Shown here piece by piece: positions 1 through 13,301 of a stretch of 64,000 nucleotides of DNA. The first letter of the stretch is position 1; each line of letters begins with the position of its first letter. The stretch is from Eledone cirrhosa. Taxonomy: Eukaryota. Below the pieces are notes generated by a model. The model made no database searches, had not been told where the DNA came from, and was given only the letters and a program-made list of their open reading frames with translations. The stretch covers positions 103,602,001-103,666,000 of the forward strand of contig OZ024743.1 in assembly GCA_964016885.1 (NCBI GenBank), written 5' to 3'. Made by a program: the position numbers and the translations under genes.

Positions 1-149
1 GTGTGTATAGTGTTTTGTTTGATGTGTGATGTGTGTTCATGATTGGGTGACTAGTGTGTGTTTATGTGCTTGTGTATGTATTTATTTATTTATTTATTTA
101 TTTTATTTTATTCTTTTTACTTATTTATACTTCTCTTAGGTCAGTGTTG

Positions 150-976
<827 letters not shown>

Positions 977-1378
977 AGTATAGACTAAAATAAAACTAAT
1001 ACACCATAAATGTGGTGTATTATGACGAAAATCAGTGGGTCTGTTGATGTGCAGATCTGACTGATCAGCCAGTCTGCTAATATGCAAATCAGGCCAATCA
1101 GTCACTGTATATTCCAGAAAATATCATATATTTTCACTAGCCCTGACAGTTGGCAAGTAGGCAGTATACGGCACTGATGAAGGGCAATCACCAAGAAACA
1201 TTAGTATCTTCCGTTCTGTTTATATGCCAACACAAGAGCAAGAATGACGGGCCATTCTACTCAAATAGTTTAAAGAGGCTGCTTTCATAATTGCAAACGA
1301 ATTTAATATTATTATTAATATTAAAAAAACTCCGATTTACACACACACACACACACACATGTGTGTGTGTGTGTGTGT

Positions 1379-1411
<33 letters not shown>

Positions 1412-1414
<3 letters not shown>

Positions 1415-4400
1415 TATAGAAATGTGAAATGGTCTAAAATTGTCTGAGTCGTGTCTGGATACAGACAAAAGGGTAGTACCAATGCTATGATTGTCATGAA
1501 AATTTACACATTAATGTAAAAGGTGCCGTGGAAGTGACAGGTCTACTTGGGGTTCTCTAAATTGAAAATGTGGTCTCTAGGGCTAAAAAAACGGTCTTTT
1601 TCTATCGATTTTACCTCCCTATAGTTTCTTAGCTTTACTCTCTCCATCGCTCTAAAATAGATCATTCCCCCACTCTATAATTGAACCGCTTTATTCTCTC
1701 TGTCGCTCTTCACTCCCTATATGACAACACTGCAGAGAGAGATAGGCCGTTAGAATAGCAGAAAGAGATAGGCCGTTAGACAGAGAGAGATACAATTAAA
1801 GTGTTAGATATTCAGAGAGAGAGACAGAGAGGGACCAGCAAACTTTAGTTAACGTTCAGTCACGTGTTATATATCTTTGATCTGTCGTCGCTCGCATAGC
1901 ACACACACATACACATACACACGATAATGATATAAAGCTGGGCGTCGTCTGTATGTATGTATGTATCCTACACACCTCCCTATACTATTTAATCTAAAAT
2001 ACTTTTATATCCATCTCTTAGTGAAGCATTTCCAATTCATTATACGTAAACAATGACATTAATTTTTCGCTTTTAGCTTAGCATTTTACATTCAATGCCT
2101 TCCTTTTTTAATGCAACTTTTTATTGAAACGACCACGTGCTCTCAGTGGTTCAGTATTTAACCTAAAATACTTTTACACTGCTTCTATTGTATCGTTATA
2201 CGATATGCCTAACGGAAAATGACCAGTATTTTCTTCTAAACGAAATAAAGCCCTTAAATTGCGAAGAATGGAGGCGCGTGCGCAGATACGTTTTTTTATC
2301 GATATCCTTTATTATGTTGCTTCTTTTATCTCCATAAAAATATTATTTCTGTTTTGAGAAGTTGTAAAACAGTAGTGGCCGAGTTTAAGCATTCAGTTTT
2401 TTTTTTAACTCCAGGAGACATCGGAGGCAAGGGAGGCCCGTCGTACTGCCCAGCGAGATCAGCACCAACGCTCACGTCTCAACGAGACTCCAGAAGCAAG
2501 GGAAGAAATGCTGGCAGGTAGACGGCGTAAACGTCAAGAAAATGCTGCTACTACAAGGGACACTTTTTGCTTAAAAGCTGGCTTTAACTACAATCCTTCT
2601 GATGATTACACCAATCACCAGGATTTGGCTCTTGGAAAAATGGATAAGGTATGTCAGTCCTGTGGGGCTAAGAAGTGGGTCGGTGAGGCTTCAGGTCTTT
2701 GCTGTTCCGGGGACAAAGTTCGACTTCAGGCGCTGGCTGATCCTCCTGATTTGCCGCAAAATCTTCTCATTGGTAACTCTGACCACGGAGTGAAGTTTTG
2801 CAAAAACATTTGGAGATATAATTCCTGCTTCGCTATGACATCATTTGGTGTAAGGAATGGAAGAAACAACAAAAAGAACAACAACAGCAACAACACCACC
2901 GGTGTAACCAGCAATTGTGACAACAACGAAGAAAGAAAGAAAAACTTTACACCTACAAAATTCAAGGTCAGTGTTACCACCTAATGGGAAGCCTTTGCCC
3001 ACAGCTAGGCGAGGAGCCTAAATTCTTCCAGGTATTCTTCATGGGCGGGAATGATGAGGAAATTTCTCAAAGATGCAAGATCAATTCATCTGTTGACGGG
3101 AACATTGTTGCGGAACTTCAAACTATGCTCCATGCAATCCATCTGTACGTCCGTGACTTGAAGAGGGCTTTGGAGCTTTTGGACTCTAGACATGAGATGA
3201 AATTGGTCATCAGAGCTGACAGATGACCTGCGAGTAGGCATCCTGGATGTTTCAACGCCCCAACTACCAACGAGGTAGCAGCAATCATGCTTGACGAAAA
3301 TCATGGTGCACGTGACATCATCATTCAGCATCGCAATAACAGACTGCCGGTCTTTGCAGAAACCCATCGGTCGTACGATTGCTTGCAGTACCCTCTTCTT
3401 TTCCCTACGGTGAGGACAGCTACAACTTCGAGATTCCCACAATTGATCCGAAAAGTCTTGCTGCTTTACGAAAGAAAGTTTCCAGCATGGATTTTTATGC
3501 ATACCGACTCATGATCAGAGACGGTCAATTCAACCAACTACTTAGCTTCAAAGAGGTGACAAACCAGTTCTTGGTTGATATGTACGCAAAGATTGAAGCG
3601 GAACATCTTCTGTACATACGTACCCATCAAAAAGAACTAAGAGGGGTTCAATACGCTCATCTTAAGGATGCTTTGCAGCGTGATGGTGGCGCAACCAATG
3701 TTGGGCATCAGGTGATCCTTCCTTCAAACTTTAGTGTCTCACCCGGTACATGCATAAACGGACACAGGATGCCATGGCGTATGCCCGTAAGTTTGGGTGG
3801 CCGGATCTTTTTATTACCTTCACATGTAATCCTAGTTGGGTGGAGATTAAGCAGAATTTATTCGCCGGCCAGGTGACGAGTGACAGGCATGATATTACAG
3901 CCAGAGTCTTCCACGGAAAGTTGAAGAGATTAATGTGCTTGCTGAAAGATAAGGCCATCTACGGACAACTCAATGCTTAGGTGTATACTGTGGAATGGCA
4001 GAAGCGGGGTCTTCCACACACACATATTCTTATTTGGTACAAAGAACGAATCAGACCTACGGACATTGATTGCGTTATATGTGCAGAGTTGCCCGATCCC
4101 CAAATTGATTTGCAGCTTTACAACATTGTGTTGGCTAATATGATACATGGACCCTGTGGTGCCCTTAACAGCCAAATTTCATGCATGGAGGGGAACAAGT
4201 GCACCAAACACTACCCCCCAGAGCCTTCACCAGGGAGACTTGCACTGGGGTTGATGGCTACCCCATCTATCGGCAGCGTGCTCTCGATTTTGGCGGCCTT
4301 TCGGCTAGGATTAAGAAGAAAGGGAAAGAATACGACATTCACAACAGCTGGGTGGTGCCTTACAGCCCTTTGCTTGCTAAAATATTTAATGATCACATCA

Positions 4401-6866
4401 ATGTGGAGTTTGCACATCTGTTAAAGGCATTAAATACATCTGCAAATACATCAACAAAGGCGGCGACATGGCGGTGGCTGTCCTCAGTGATGGCGTAGAA
4501 TCAAAAGACGAAATTACTCAGTTCATGATGGGAAGATACATTTCGTCCAATATGGTGGCTTGGCGCATTTTGGGGCTTGAAATTCACCGGTGCTCTCCAG
4601 CAGTTGTTAACTTGGATGTTCACTTAGAGAATGGTCAACGCGTTTATTTCACTGAGGAAACCGCATCGGCTGCTGCCGAACAGCCACCTGAGACGACGCT
4701 TACAGCATTTTTTAAGCTATGTTCTGTCGATACGTTTGCAATTACCCTTTTTTACGTCGATGTACCTACCTACTTCACTTGGTCGAACAAAAAATGGCAT
4801 CGGCGGCGACAAGGGGAAAAAGTAATGCCATCGGACGCGTGTACAGTGTTCATCCGAAGCAACAAGAATGCTTTTTCCTGTGAATGTTGCATCAAATCAA
4901 AGGGCCCAAGTCATTCGTCGACCTAAGACTTTTCGATGGCCACATTTATTCCAGTTACAGGGACACGTGCGTGAAGCGCGGGCAACTCGGGGATGATGCC
5001 CACCTGAACGTGGCGTTGATAGAGGCGGCTGAATGTAAGATGCCTCGAGAAATGAGACGTCTGTTTTGCATAATTCTATTGTTCTGCGGCATAGGTGAGC
5101 CCCTTAAACTTTGGGAAACGCATAAGGACAACATGTCATAGGACATCCTCCGTAGACTACAAGCAGAAGATCCAGCGGCTGCCTTTGTTTTCAACGACAC
5201 GGTGTACAATGAGGCCCTTATCGACATGGACAACCATCTTAAAGCTCTTGGAGTTGGCGGTGTATCTGATTTCGGTTTGCCACAACCTCAAAATACTCAG
5301 TGCTTTAGATGTGGAGTTCATGCGTGAGTTAAATTACAACATCAACGATATGACACATCAGGTAGTTCAGGACGAACCCAGACTTTTGCATGACCAGAGA
5401 CGGACATATGACAGAATTCTCTCCAGTGTCAATTCAAATGAGGGATGGCTATTTTTCCTGGATGCTCCTGGCGGAACAGGAAAAACTTTTCTCATCAACC
5501 TTTTCCTTGCGAAGCTATGAAAAGACAAGCGGATTGCTTTAGCGGTCGCCTCCAGTGGTATTGCGGCGACACTGCTACATGGCGGTCGTACGGCACACTC
5601 CGCATTCAAATTGCCTTTGGACATTGGAAAGAAGAAGAATCCTACATGTAGAATAGATCGTGGCGACCCTAAAGCACATCTTCTTTCTGAGTGCTGCTTG
5701 ATCATATGGGACGAGGCTACCATGATTCACAAGGCGACCTTTGAGGCTCTGGATCGAACTCTCAAGGACTTGCGACGGAACTCACGTGTCATGGGTGGAG
5801 CGACAGTACTGCTGGCTGGCGATTTCCGACAGACTCTTCCTGTTATCACTAGAGGCACTAGAGATGACGAAGTGAACGCATGCATCAAGTCGTCCTACGT
5901 TTGGCAGTATGTCCACAAACTACATCTGACTACCAACATGAGAGTGCATGTGCATGGTGACGCAGACTCCATCGTTTCTCAAAACATCTACTGGTAGCTG
6001 GTAATGGAACTACACCTGGAGTGGATGAAGAGTATATCTGTTTGCCTTTTGGGTACTTTGTGTCAAACATTGACGAATTAATGTCATCTGTATTTCCAGA
6101 CCTTGAATCACGATTCCATGATCACACCTGGTTGAAAGGGAGAGCTATTTTGGCACCACACAATGCTACTGTTGAAGTGTTGAACAAAACACTACTCGAT
6201 CAGATTCCCGGAAATGAAGTCTTCTTCAAGTCGATTGACACCAATAAAAACGCGGACGACGCCATCATTTACCCAATTGAATTCCTCAACAGTCAACTAC
6301 CTCCAGGACTTCCTCCTCATGATCTGAAACTGAAGGTTGGTGTGCCAGTTATGCTGCTGAGAAACATGGATGCACCAGAACTATGCAACGGAACACGTTT
6401 AATCATCAAAAAAATAAGGACCCAAATTCTGGAGACAACCATTTTGAGCGGACCCGCTGCTGGTGTGACCAGGTTAATTACCCCTATGAGCCTTAGTCCC
6501 TCTGGCTTCCCCTATGAATTTACGCGACAGCAGTTTCCCATAAAACTCTGCTTTGCAATGAGCATCAACAAAGCACAAGGACATCGCTGCAAGTGGTTGG
6601 CCTAAATCTAACACAGCAGGTATTTGCCCATGATCAACTATACGTCGGGTGCTCCCGCGTCAGCAGTCCACACAATCTCTTCATTTGTGGTAACCCGCGC
6701 AACACCAGGAACGTTGTCTACAAAGAAGCCCTGCAATAACATCTTTGAACCCTACTCCACCCAACGTCTCTCTGTCAAACCACTCTCTTCACGTCGCCCC
6801 TCAACTTATTAACTTAATAAAAAGTAGCCCCGAGTAGCCCAGAGTGAAACCGGGCTCAGCTGCTAG
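1412..6866 (+). mobile_element. Decayed autonomous-type Helitron (RepHel)
   Basis: Rep motifs FITFTCNP, VEWQKRGLPHTHILIW (HUH) and KYICKYINKG (Y2). PIF1-like helicase motifs DAPGGTGKT, IIWDEATM, GDFRQTLPV and RQQFPIKLCFAMSINKAQG. 3' end has hairpin GCCC-AGAGTGAAACC-GGGC, then CTAG (6863-6866) followed by T. The 5' boundary is uncertain (~1412 or ~1925). Confidence 0.93.
2205..6740 (+). pseudogene. Helitron Rep/PIF1-helicase pseudogene with many stops and frameshifts; STPR-like N-terminal repeats
   Basis: ORF pieces from 2508 to 6605 line up colinearly as zinc-binding N-terminus (CQSCGAKKW...CCSG), Rep and helicase. ETSEAREARR and ETPEAREEM repeats lie at 2415-2510. Confidence 0.9.
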
Positions 6867-6876
6867 TATATATATG

Positions 6877-7785
6877 TGCGAGGTGCCTCAGAAAAGTAAC
6901 AGAACTTCGTGTGCTGTGTAAGCCAAAAGTAGTGTAGAGATTAGCGGGTTGCGTCAGCATGTGACGTAATATCTGTGAGTACATCAATGCGTTCTCATCT
7001 CTCTGCAGCCATTAATATGTTTTTTCACATGCTTTTGTTAACAGCTCTTCAATTGTAAATCGTCGAGCGATGGGCACGAAGAAACGACGCAACCTGAAGT
7101 TTCTAGTCCGGCTGGTGAAAACAACATCAGAAGCACTCGGAATGCTGCAGCAAATTTATAGATATGAGACGATGTTGCACTCATGGGTTTTCGAGTGACA
7201 CAAAAGGTTCAAAGAGGGACACGAGTGCGTTGAAAGACGACCCCAGGAGTGAAAAGCCTTCAACGAGTATGTCTGTGGCCAACGTTGATCACGTGAGACA
7301 GGTGGTGGGTGGTGATCATTGGCTGATTATTAGACTGATTGCAAGTGAGCTGGGTATGAATGGTGACAGCATTTGGAAGATTATCACCGAATATTTGTGC
7401 ATGCTGAAGATATACGCGAAGATTGTGCCGAAGCTGCTGAACGACAAACAGAGTAGTGGGACAAGCAGGTGTGTTTGGAAATCCTCGAGTGTCTTGAAAC
7501 CTAACAAGACATTTTCTTTTGCCCCTAACTCAAGTGGGTTATCAAGGGTTTTCCATAAGTTTTTCCGGTGGGTAAGCCATCAAGAGGACCGTGACGACAG
7601 AGCTGCGGAGAAACCCGGGAGAATCCTTCCAGGAGTGAATGGAGACGTGGCAGAGAAGGATGCGAATGTGCGTTGGACTCGAGGAGGTTTATTTCGAAGG
7701 GAAAACTTGTAGCTTGTAACTTGCAGCTTGTAGATTGGGAATATTTTTGTGAACCCAGTCCTTTTGTTTCTTTTCTGACACATAG
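6877..7785 (+). mobile_element. Internally deleted mariner-type transposon
   Basis: HTH region (...DDPRSEKPSTS...IRLIASELGM...YAKIVPKLL) and C-terminal WQRRMRMCV...YFEG are present, but the catalytic DDD core is largely missing. Imperfect TIRs: CGAGGTGCCTCAGAAAAGTAAC at left and TTTCTTTTCTGACACA at right. Confidence 0.8.
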
Positions 7786-8120
7786 TGTGTGTGTGTGTGT
7801 GTTTGTGCCTGTTTGTGTGTGTGTGTGAGTGTATGTATATATAATATAACATAATATATAATGTTTATACTATAATAAATAGGTTTATGAATTATATATT
7901 AAGAATAATCAGTTAACCGATATAAATTTACAATATAAATAAATTACTTAAAATTGAATTAAGAATTTAAAATCAAATATTTATAATTTTAATATTTCTT
8001 CGAATTATATTTTTACAGTCCGATTTCCAATCACTTAGGATATTTTAAATTTCATTTTTAGCTATCATACGTTAAATGTGAAATATTTCTAGTTTAATAA
8101 AATTTATATGACCTTCTTTA

Positions 8121-8180
<60 letters not shown>

Positions 8181-8184
<4 letters not shown>

Positions 8185-8605
8185 TAAAATAACAGATTAA
8201 AGTTTAAGCAAAGAATCGCTGCTTTCACCCTTAACGGGATCTTCTGAAACTAACAAAGTCAATCTGTAAACGCAGAACTGGATATTTCAAAAAACGTTGC
8301 AACCGGAGGAAGACAGGAAGACGATACTTTGGTTCGTGGTAACGTTCGCTGGCAAAGAACGGGAAAAAACGAATAATACGTCATTAATAGGAGCGGTGAA
8401 AAACAATTACGCGCAAAGACAGAACCACGTTTATGGTATAAAAGAGGTCGTAGACTAATGTTCTCTTAGGTGGTGCATAGAGACGTTCTCTGGCAATGAA
8501 CGAAAAAACGAAAATAATAAGTCATATGTGGAGCGTGGAGAACAATAGCACGCAAAGACAAAACCACGTAAATGGTATAGCAGAAGTTGTAGACTAAAAT
8601 TCTAA
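8181..8605 (-). mobile_element. PLE-type terminal repeat family with CAGAAGA-core hammerhead; copies at ~17765-17825, 28711-28873 and 47220-47600 (+)
   Basis: Near-identical block TTATTAAAATAACAGATTAAAGTTTAAGCAAAGAATCGCTGCTTTCACCCTTAACGGGATCTTCTGAAAC recurs four times, mostly next to (TA)n. It folds as a type I hammerhead on the opposite strand. Confidence 0.7.
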
Positions 8606-8654
8606 TATATATATATATATATTTAAAAGAATAGACGTGTAACACACGAGCTAT

Positions 8655-9115
8655 GATATATTGGTAAACGGAAAAGAAAATGCTGACAAATTGTTCACAG
8701 TGAAAAATAGTTTAATTAGGAATAAGTGAAAATTAGTAATAGTATTGGTTAGTATTCAGTTTTGGTTTTAAGTTTTACCGGTTGCGCATTTCTAATGCTT
8801 TTCAAAAATAAATTTGAGATAGAGCGTCCGTGATGTTTGCTCTAATCAGATTAGAGCAAACATCACGGACGCTCTATCTCAAAATTATTTTTGAAAAGCA
8901 TTAGAAATGCGCAACCGGTAAAACTTAAAACCAAAACTGAATACTAACCAATGCTATTACTCATTTTCACTTATTCCTAATAAAAGAGTATTAGTGATTA
9001 TATGGGTTAGTATTCAGTTGTGGTTTTAAGTTTTTAAGTTTTTACCGGTTGCGTATTTCTAAATGCTTTTCAAAAATAATTTTGAGATAGAGTGTCCGTG
9101 CTGATCTGATTAGTT
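8655..9115. repeat. Fold-back of a PLE-type terminal repeat centred near 8848, with a further partial copy; family also at 17190-17385
   Basis: TGATGTTTGCTCTAATC-A-GATTAGAGCAAACATCA centre with ~130 bp arms. Contains TTGAAAA-GCAT-TAGAA-ATGC-GCAA-CCGG-TA, a hammerhead-like variant. Confidence 0.75.
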
Positions 9116-9131
9116 TTGTGAATTCTACCAG

Positions 9132-9375
9132 TTTTTATGTTAAAAAAGTGGCTCCAGTGTTACTTTGGTGTTGCAAAAATTCTTGTGGTCAAAACAATTT
9201 TGATTGGTCGGTAGAGGTCATGTGAATGTAAAAAATTGATTTTGCGCCAAGACTGTTTTTATGTTAAAAAAGTGGCTCCAGCGCTACTTGGTGTTTGCAA
9301 AAATTCTTGTGGTCAAAACAATTTTGATTGGTCGGTAGAGGTCATGTGAATAAAAAATTGGTTTTGCGCCAAGAT
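9132..9375 (+). repeat. Tandem duplication, 2 x ~123 bp
   Basis: TTTTATGTTAAAAAAGTGGCTCCAG...GATTGGTCGGTAGAGGTCATGTGAA...TTTTGCGCCAAGA occurs twice in direct orientation. Confidence 0.9.
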
Positions 9376-9399
9376 TGAGAAATGACTCTTTCACAACAA

Positions 9400-9439
<40 letters not shown>

Positions 9440-9505
9440 TAGTAGTAAGGTGTTCGATGTTGTGATAATGGTTAGCAGGGATGTGTGTCAAATGGCTATT
9501 AAGAT

Positions 9506-9623
<118 letters not shown>

Positions 9624-9708
9624 CAGAGTAATTCGTGGTAGCAGGGATGGTCAGTAAGAATGTGTCTGAAAGCAATGGGGGGTATTTTAGCATGTCAAAA
9701 TATATTTT

Positions 9709-9731
9709 CAGCTTTTGTCTTATACGGAGAA

Positions 9732-9774
<43 letters not shown>

Positions 9775-9801
9775 AGTCTCTTTGTATGTTAATGTACGCG
9801 T

Positions 9802-9875
<74 letters not shown>

Positions 9876-9971
9876 ACCAGTATTTTTTTCCCCCTGGTAA
9901 AATGGTATACATTATTCGATTTTTTCAGTAACATACGTAAACACACATGCTCTATGGTGCAACACAAAAAA

Positions 9972-10015
<44 letters not shown>

Positions 10016-10220
10016 ATGTATATGTGTGTATGTATATATATATGTATATGTATATATAGTGAATATATGTATGTGTATATATATATAGTGAATATCATTT
10101 CATATCATTTCACACCTTTTATTGTTAAGATTTTTGATGTTCTATTAAGAGAACCGATTTTACTGAAAAAATCGAATAATGTACACCATTTTACCAGGGG
10201 GAAAAAAATACTGGTCCACC

Positions 10221-10264
<44 letters not shown>

Positions 10265-10352
10265 TACACACGCGTACATTAACATACAAAGAGACTTATA
10301 CACACACACACACACACACACACACGCACTTCTCCGTATAAGACAAAAGCTG
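9709..10352. repeat. Inverted repeat (~200 bp arms including microsatellite) around a microsatellite core
   Basis: CAGCTTTTGTCTTATACGGAGAAGTGCG...GGGTGGACCAGTATTTTTTTCCCCCTGGTAAAATGG is reverse-complemented at ~10158-10352. Confidence 0.85.
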
Positions 10353-10440
10353 TATGTTAATGTACGCGTGTGTATGTGTGTCTGTATATATATGTGTGGC
10401 CACTGTCGTCATTGAAATATATATCACAGCATCATTATTG

Positions 10441-10625
10441 TGAATTGACAGTATCGGTAGAGGGTCGGATATGCTTTCCAGCATAGTTACGTCCCTTTAC
10501 GATCTGCGTTCAATTCCCGCCGAGATTAACTTTGCCTTTCATCCTTACGGGGTCGATAAAATATAGTACCAGTAATGTACTGGGATAATTGCTGGCCTTG
10601 TGCCAAAAGTAGAAACAATTATTAT
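10441..10625 (+). mobile_element. tRNA-derived SINE
   Basis: Degenerate A box and B box (GTTCAATTCC), conserved core GCCTTTCATCCTTACGGGGTCGATAAA and 3' GGCCTTGTGCCAAAAGTAGAAACAATTATT. About 10 copies occur in the window. Confidence 0.85.
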
Positions 10626-11852
10626 TAAAAGACTTGAACATCTGAAACTACTTCGCTTTTCCTTATTCGATATTTACTCCGTCACTCCTATGTGGAAAAA
10701 GTACGTTGAGTGCTTGAATTGAATTGCATAAATATTTACCCTAAGAATTAGTTGAGCGTTCTATGATGTAACCGATATGGTGGAGAAGAGAGGAACCAAC
10801 CACGAGCTACACCATGAAATTCCCTCTACCATGGGGATGGATACCCCTGACACTGGACGGACATAATAATAACTTACGGCAGGATAAATACGCGGAAACA
10901 AAATCAAAGATAAACCCCTATTTTCCTGCACCAAATCGCATTTGAACAGAAGCCCCCTCAATACAATCTATACATGGACAAATTGACAATCATGTGGATC
11001 ATTTTGCACATATGTACTCTGTGATTTTGCATTTATTCATTATTGGTTCTTTTCTTTTGTGTACTTTATATCTGTTTTTTTTTTTTGTTTTGTTCCATGT
11101 GATGGAAATTATGACTATGTACCCGATTGACTACTGCCTTTAATACTGTAATTTACCCTCCGATCTACTGTACGGTACTATAGTTCAATATGTGGAAAGT
11201 GTAACTGTGACATTAGTACCCCTTTCAGAACTTCTTACTTAAACATATCTCTGCATATTATTTACTCACTTCAATCTATGTTTTTTACTCACCTCAATTC
11301 GGATTCTCAGTTGAAAAAATTTTTAATTTCTAATTGTTAATTTGCTAATTTTTTAATTTTTTAATTTATAATTTTCTGATATTTCATTTAGGATTTTCGA
11401 TTTTAAATTTTAATTTTTATTTCCAACTCTCACTCATAACTTCCAATGTGAAACCATGATACCTAGAATTAAGTATATTTTCTCTTAGGGGTTGATGGTC
11501 AATTGTATTGTCCATGCTTGGTGAGAGGTAGTATTGGGACCTGTAAATACTAACACTCTCCCATCCCCTCTGGCTTTCGGCTGACTGCCACAGACGGGAT
11601 GGGTAGCAGTAAACTATGGTACAGGCCTGAATGGGTCATTGTTTGGCTGAGAGGGGGACTGACTAAGCGAATTTCGTTGAAATCTGCGGTAGCTAATGAT
11701 CATCTTCCTTCGGACATGCGCCTGCGCAGACCGGTGGGGGTGAATTGGTTCTCACAGGGGAACGGATGAAGAACCCAAAAGCACACACTTCGTCCGTTCC
11801 CATGTCGATTCAATTTGGATTGCCTTGGAAACATAACCTTATTATGTAACAA

Positions 11853-11926
11853 GCTGTCTGACGATGTCGCGACACTGGCACACAGAACAGTGTGGACACT
11901 GTCGCCATTGAAATATATATCACAGC
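11853..11926 (+). ncRNA. Type I hammerhead ribozyme motif
   Basis: Stem I GCTGT/ACAGC, core CTGACGA, extended stem II (GCGACA...TGTCGC), GAAA, palindromic TATATA stem III and UC cleavage site at 11920-11921. Confidence 0.7.
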
Positions 11927-12115
11927 GGTGGATTGGCAGTATCGATAGAGGGTCGGAAGCCATGCTTTCCAGCATAGTTACGTCCCTTTACGATCTGAGT
12001 TCAAATCCCGCCGAGGTTGACTTTGCCTTTCATCCTTACGGGGTCGATAACATAAAGTACCAGTAATGCACTGGGTAATTGCTGGCCTTGTGCCTAAAGT
12101 AGAAACAATTATTAT
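11927..12115 (+). mobile_element. tRNA-derived SINE
   Basis: GGTGGATTGGCAGTATCG (A box), GAGTTCAAATCC (B box), conserved core and ATT tail. Confidence 0.88.
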
Positions 12116-12154
12116 TAAAAGACTTGAACATCTGAAACTTCTTCGCTTTTCCTT

Positions 12155-12213
<59 letters not shown>

Positions 12214-12226
12214 ATATATATATGTA

Positions 12227-12320
<94 letters not shown>

Positions 12321-12321
12321 A

Positions 12322-12486
12322 TTAGAAAGTGAGGTTTCTTTTACAAAATGAAAAATAACCGAAGTGTCCTACACGAGTGAAAGTGTAAAGAAAAAAAGAT
12401 GAAATCGAAAATGCAACTGGAGTCTTATTTTTTAAAATATATATATATTTATTTGGTTCCTTTACCGGTTTCGCAGTTCTTCTGCG
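12322..12486 (-). mobile_element. PLE-type 3' terminus; family also at 25655-25765 and as a fold-back at 30252-30480
   Basis: Near-identical block containing (TTGAAAA)GCAG-AAGAA-CTGC-GAAA-CCGG-TA followed by AATAAA, flanked by (TA)n. Confidence 0.7.
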
Positions 12487-12521
12487 TATATATTATATAC
12501 AGATATATATATATATATATT

Positions 12522-13082
12522 TCGTTTCTGAATTTGTTTAGCAAGATTCTTTATCTGAAAACGTGTGTTGAAACCGATATTGTTATACTTTGGGGGGGTC
12601 ATGTTGCCAATAAGAGACACACGCACCAGTTGCTTTCACTTCAATTTATTATAATAAATTTATAAATTTAGGAATTTATAAATTTCCGGTTGGTTGGTTA
12701 GTTCCACAACCAGATGGTTGTTTATATATTGTCAAAGTTCTTTCGTCACACATTCTGTGACCTCTTCAGTGACTGGGGTTCTTTGTTTTTGTGCCTCCCT
12801 TTTGTTCTGCCCTACGCCATCTTGAGAAACAAGATGGCGTAGGACACAACAAAGGAGAAGCACAAAAACAAAGAAAAGAACCCCCAGTCACTGAAGAGGT
12901 CAAGAATGTGTGACGAAAGAACTTTGACAATATATAAACAACCATCTGGTTGTGGAACCAACTAACCAACCGGAAATTTATAAATTCCTAAATTTATAAA
13001 TTTATTATAATAAATTGAAGTGAAAGCAACTGGTGCGTGTGTCTCTTATTGGCAACATGACCCTCCCAAAGTATAACAATAT
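12522..13082. mobile_element. Fold-back PLE terminus with a hammerhead in each arm (12731-12773 minus, 12887-12928 plus)
   Basis: Arms of ~250 bp centred on CCTACGCCATCTTG-AGAAA-CAAGATGGCGTAGG. Hammerhead reads GTCA-CTGAAGA-G-GTCA..TGAC-GAAA-GAAC-TT-TGAC. The same sequence is attached to a GIY-YIG ORF at 49415-50290. Confidence 0.82.
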
Positions 13083-13227
13083 ATATATATATATATAACG
13101 ATGGTTACAAACACACCGAGCATTATAATAAATGTTCGGTGAATCCATACGTACATGTGTGCATGTATGTATATATATATACATACTACTGTACGTCTGT
13201 ATACATATATGTATGTACGTATACATA

Positions 13228-13297
<70 letters not shown>

Positions 13298-13301
<4 letters not shown>

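Noticed and set aside
1150-1210. Hammerhead-like CTGATGA...GAAA, with similar cases at 17041-17097, 19097-19130 and 30855-30895
   Set aside because: Stems or cores are too degenerate to call, although they are probably decayed PLE ribozymes.
11927-12020. tRNA gene suggested by A and B boxes
   Set aside because: There is no full cloverleaf, and the sequence continues into a multi-copy SINE body and tail.
12522-13082. Palindromes as sequencing or assembly chimeras
   Set aside because: The arms carry substitutions and indels and show the same tail asymmetry across families, which favours a biological origin. A read-level check is still advisable.
13155-13297. N-terminal part of the 784-aa ORF
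   Set aside because: It is translated (TA)n microsatellite. The real coding sequence starts at the truncation point near 13298.
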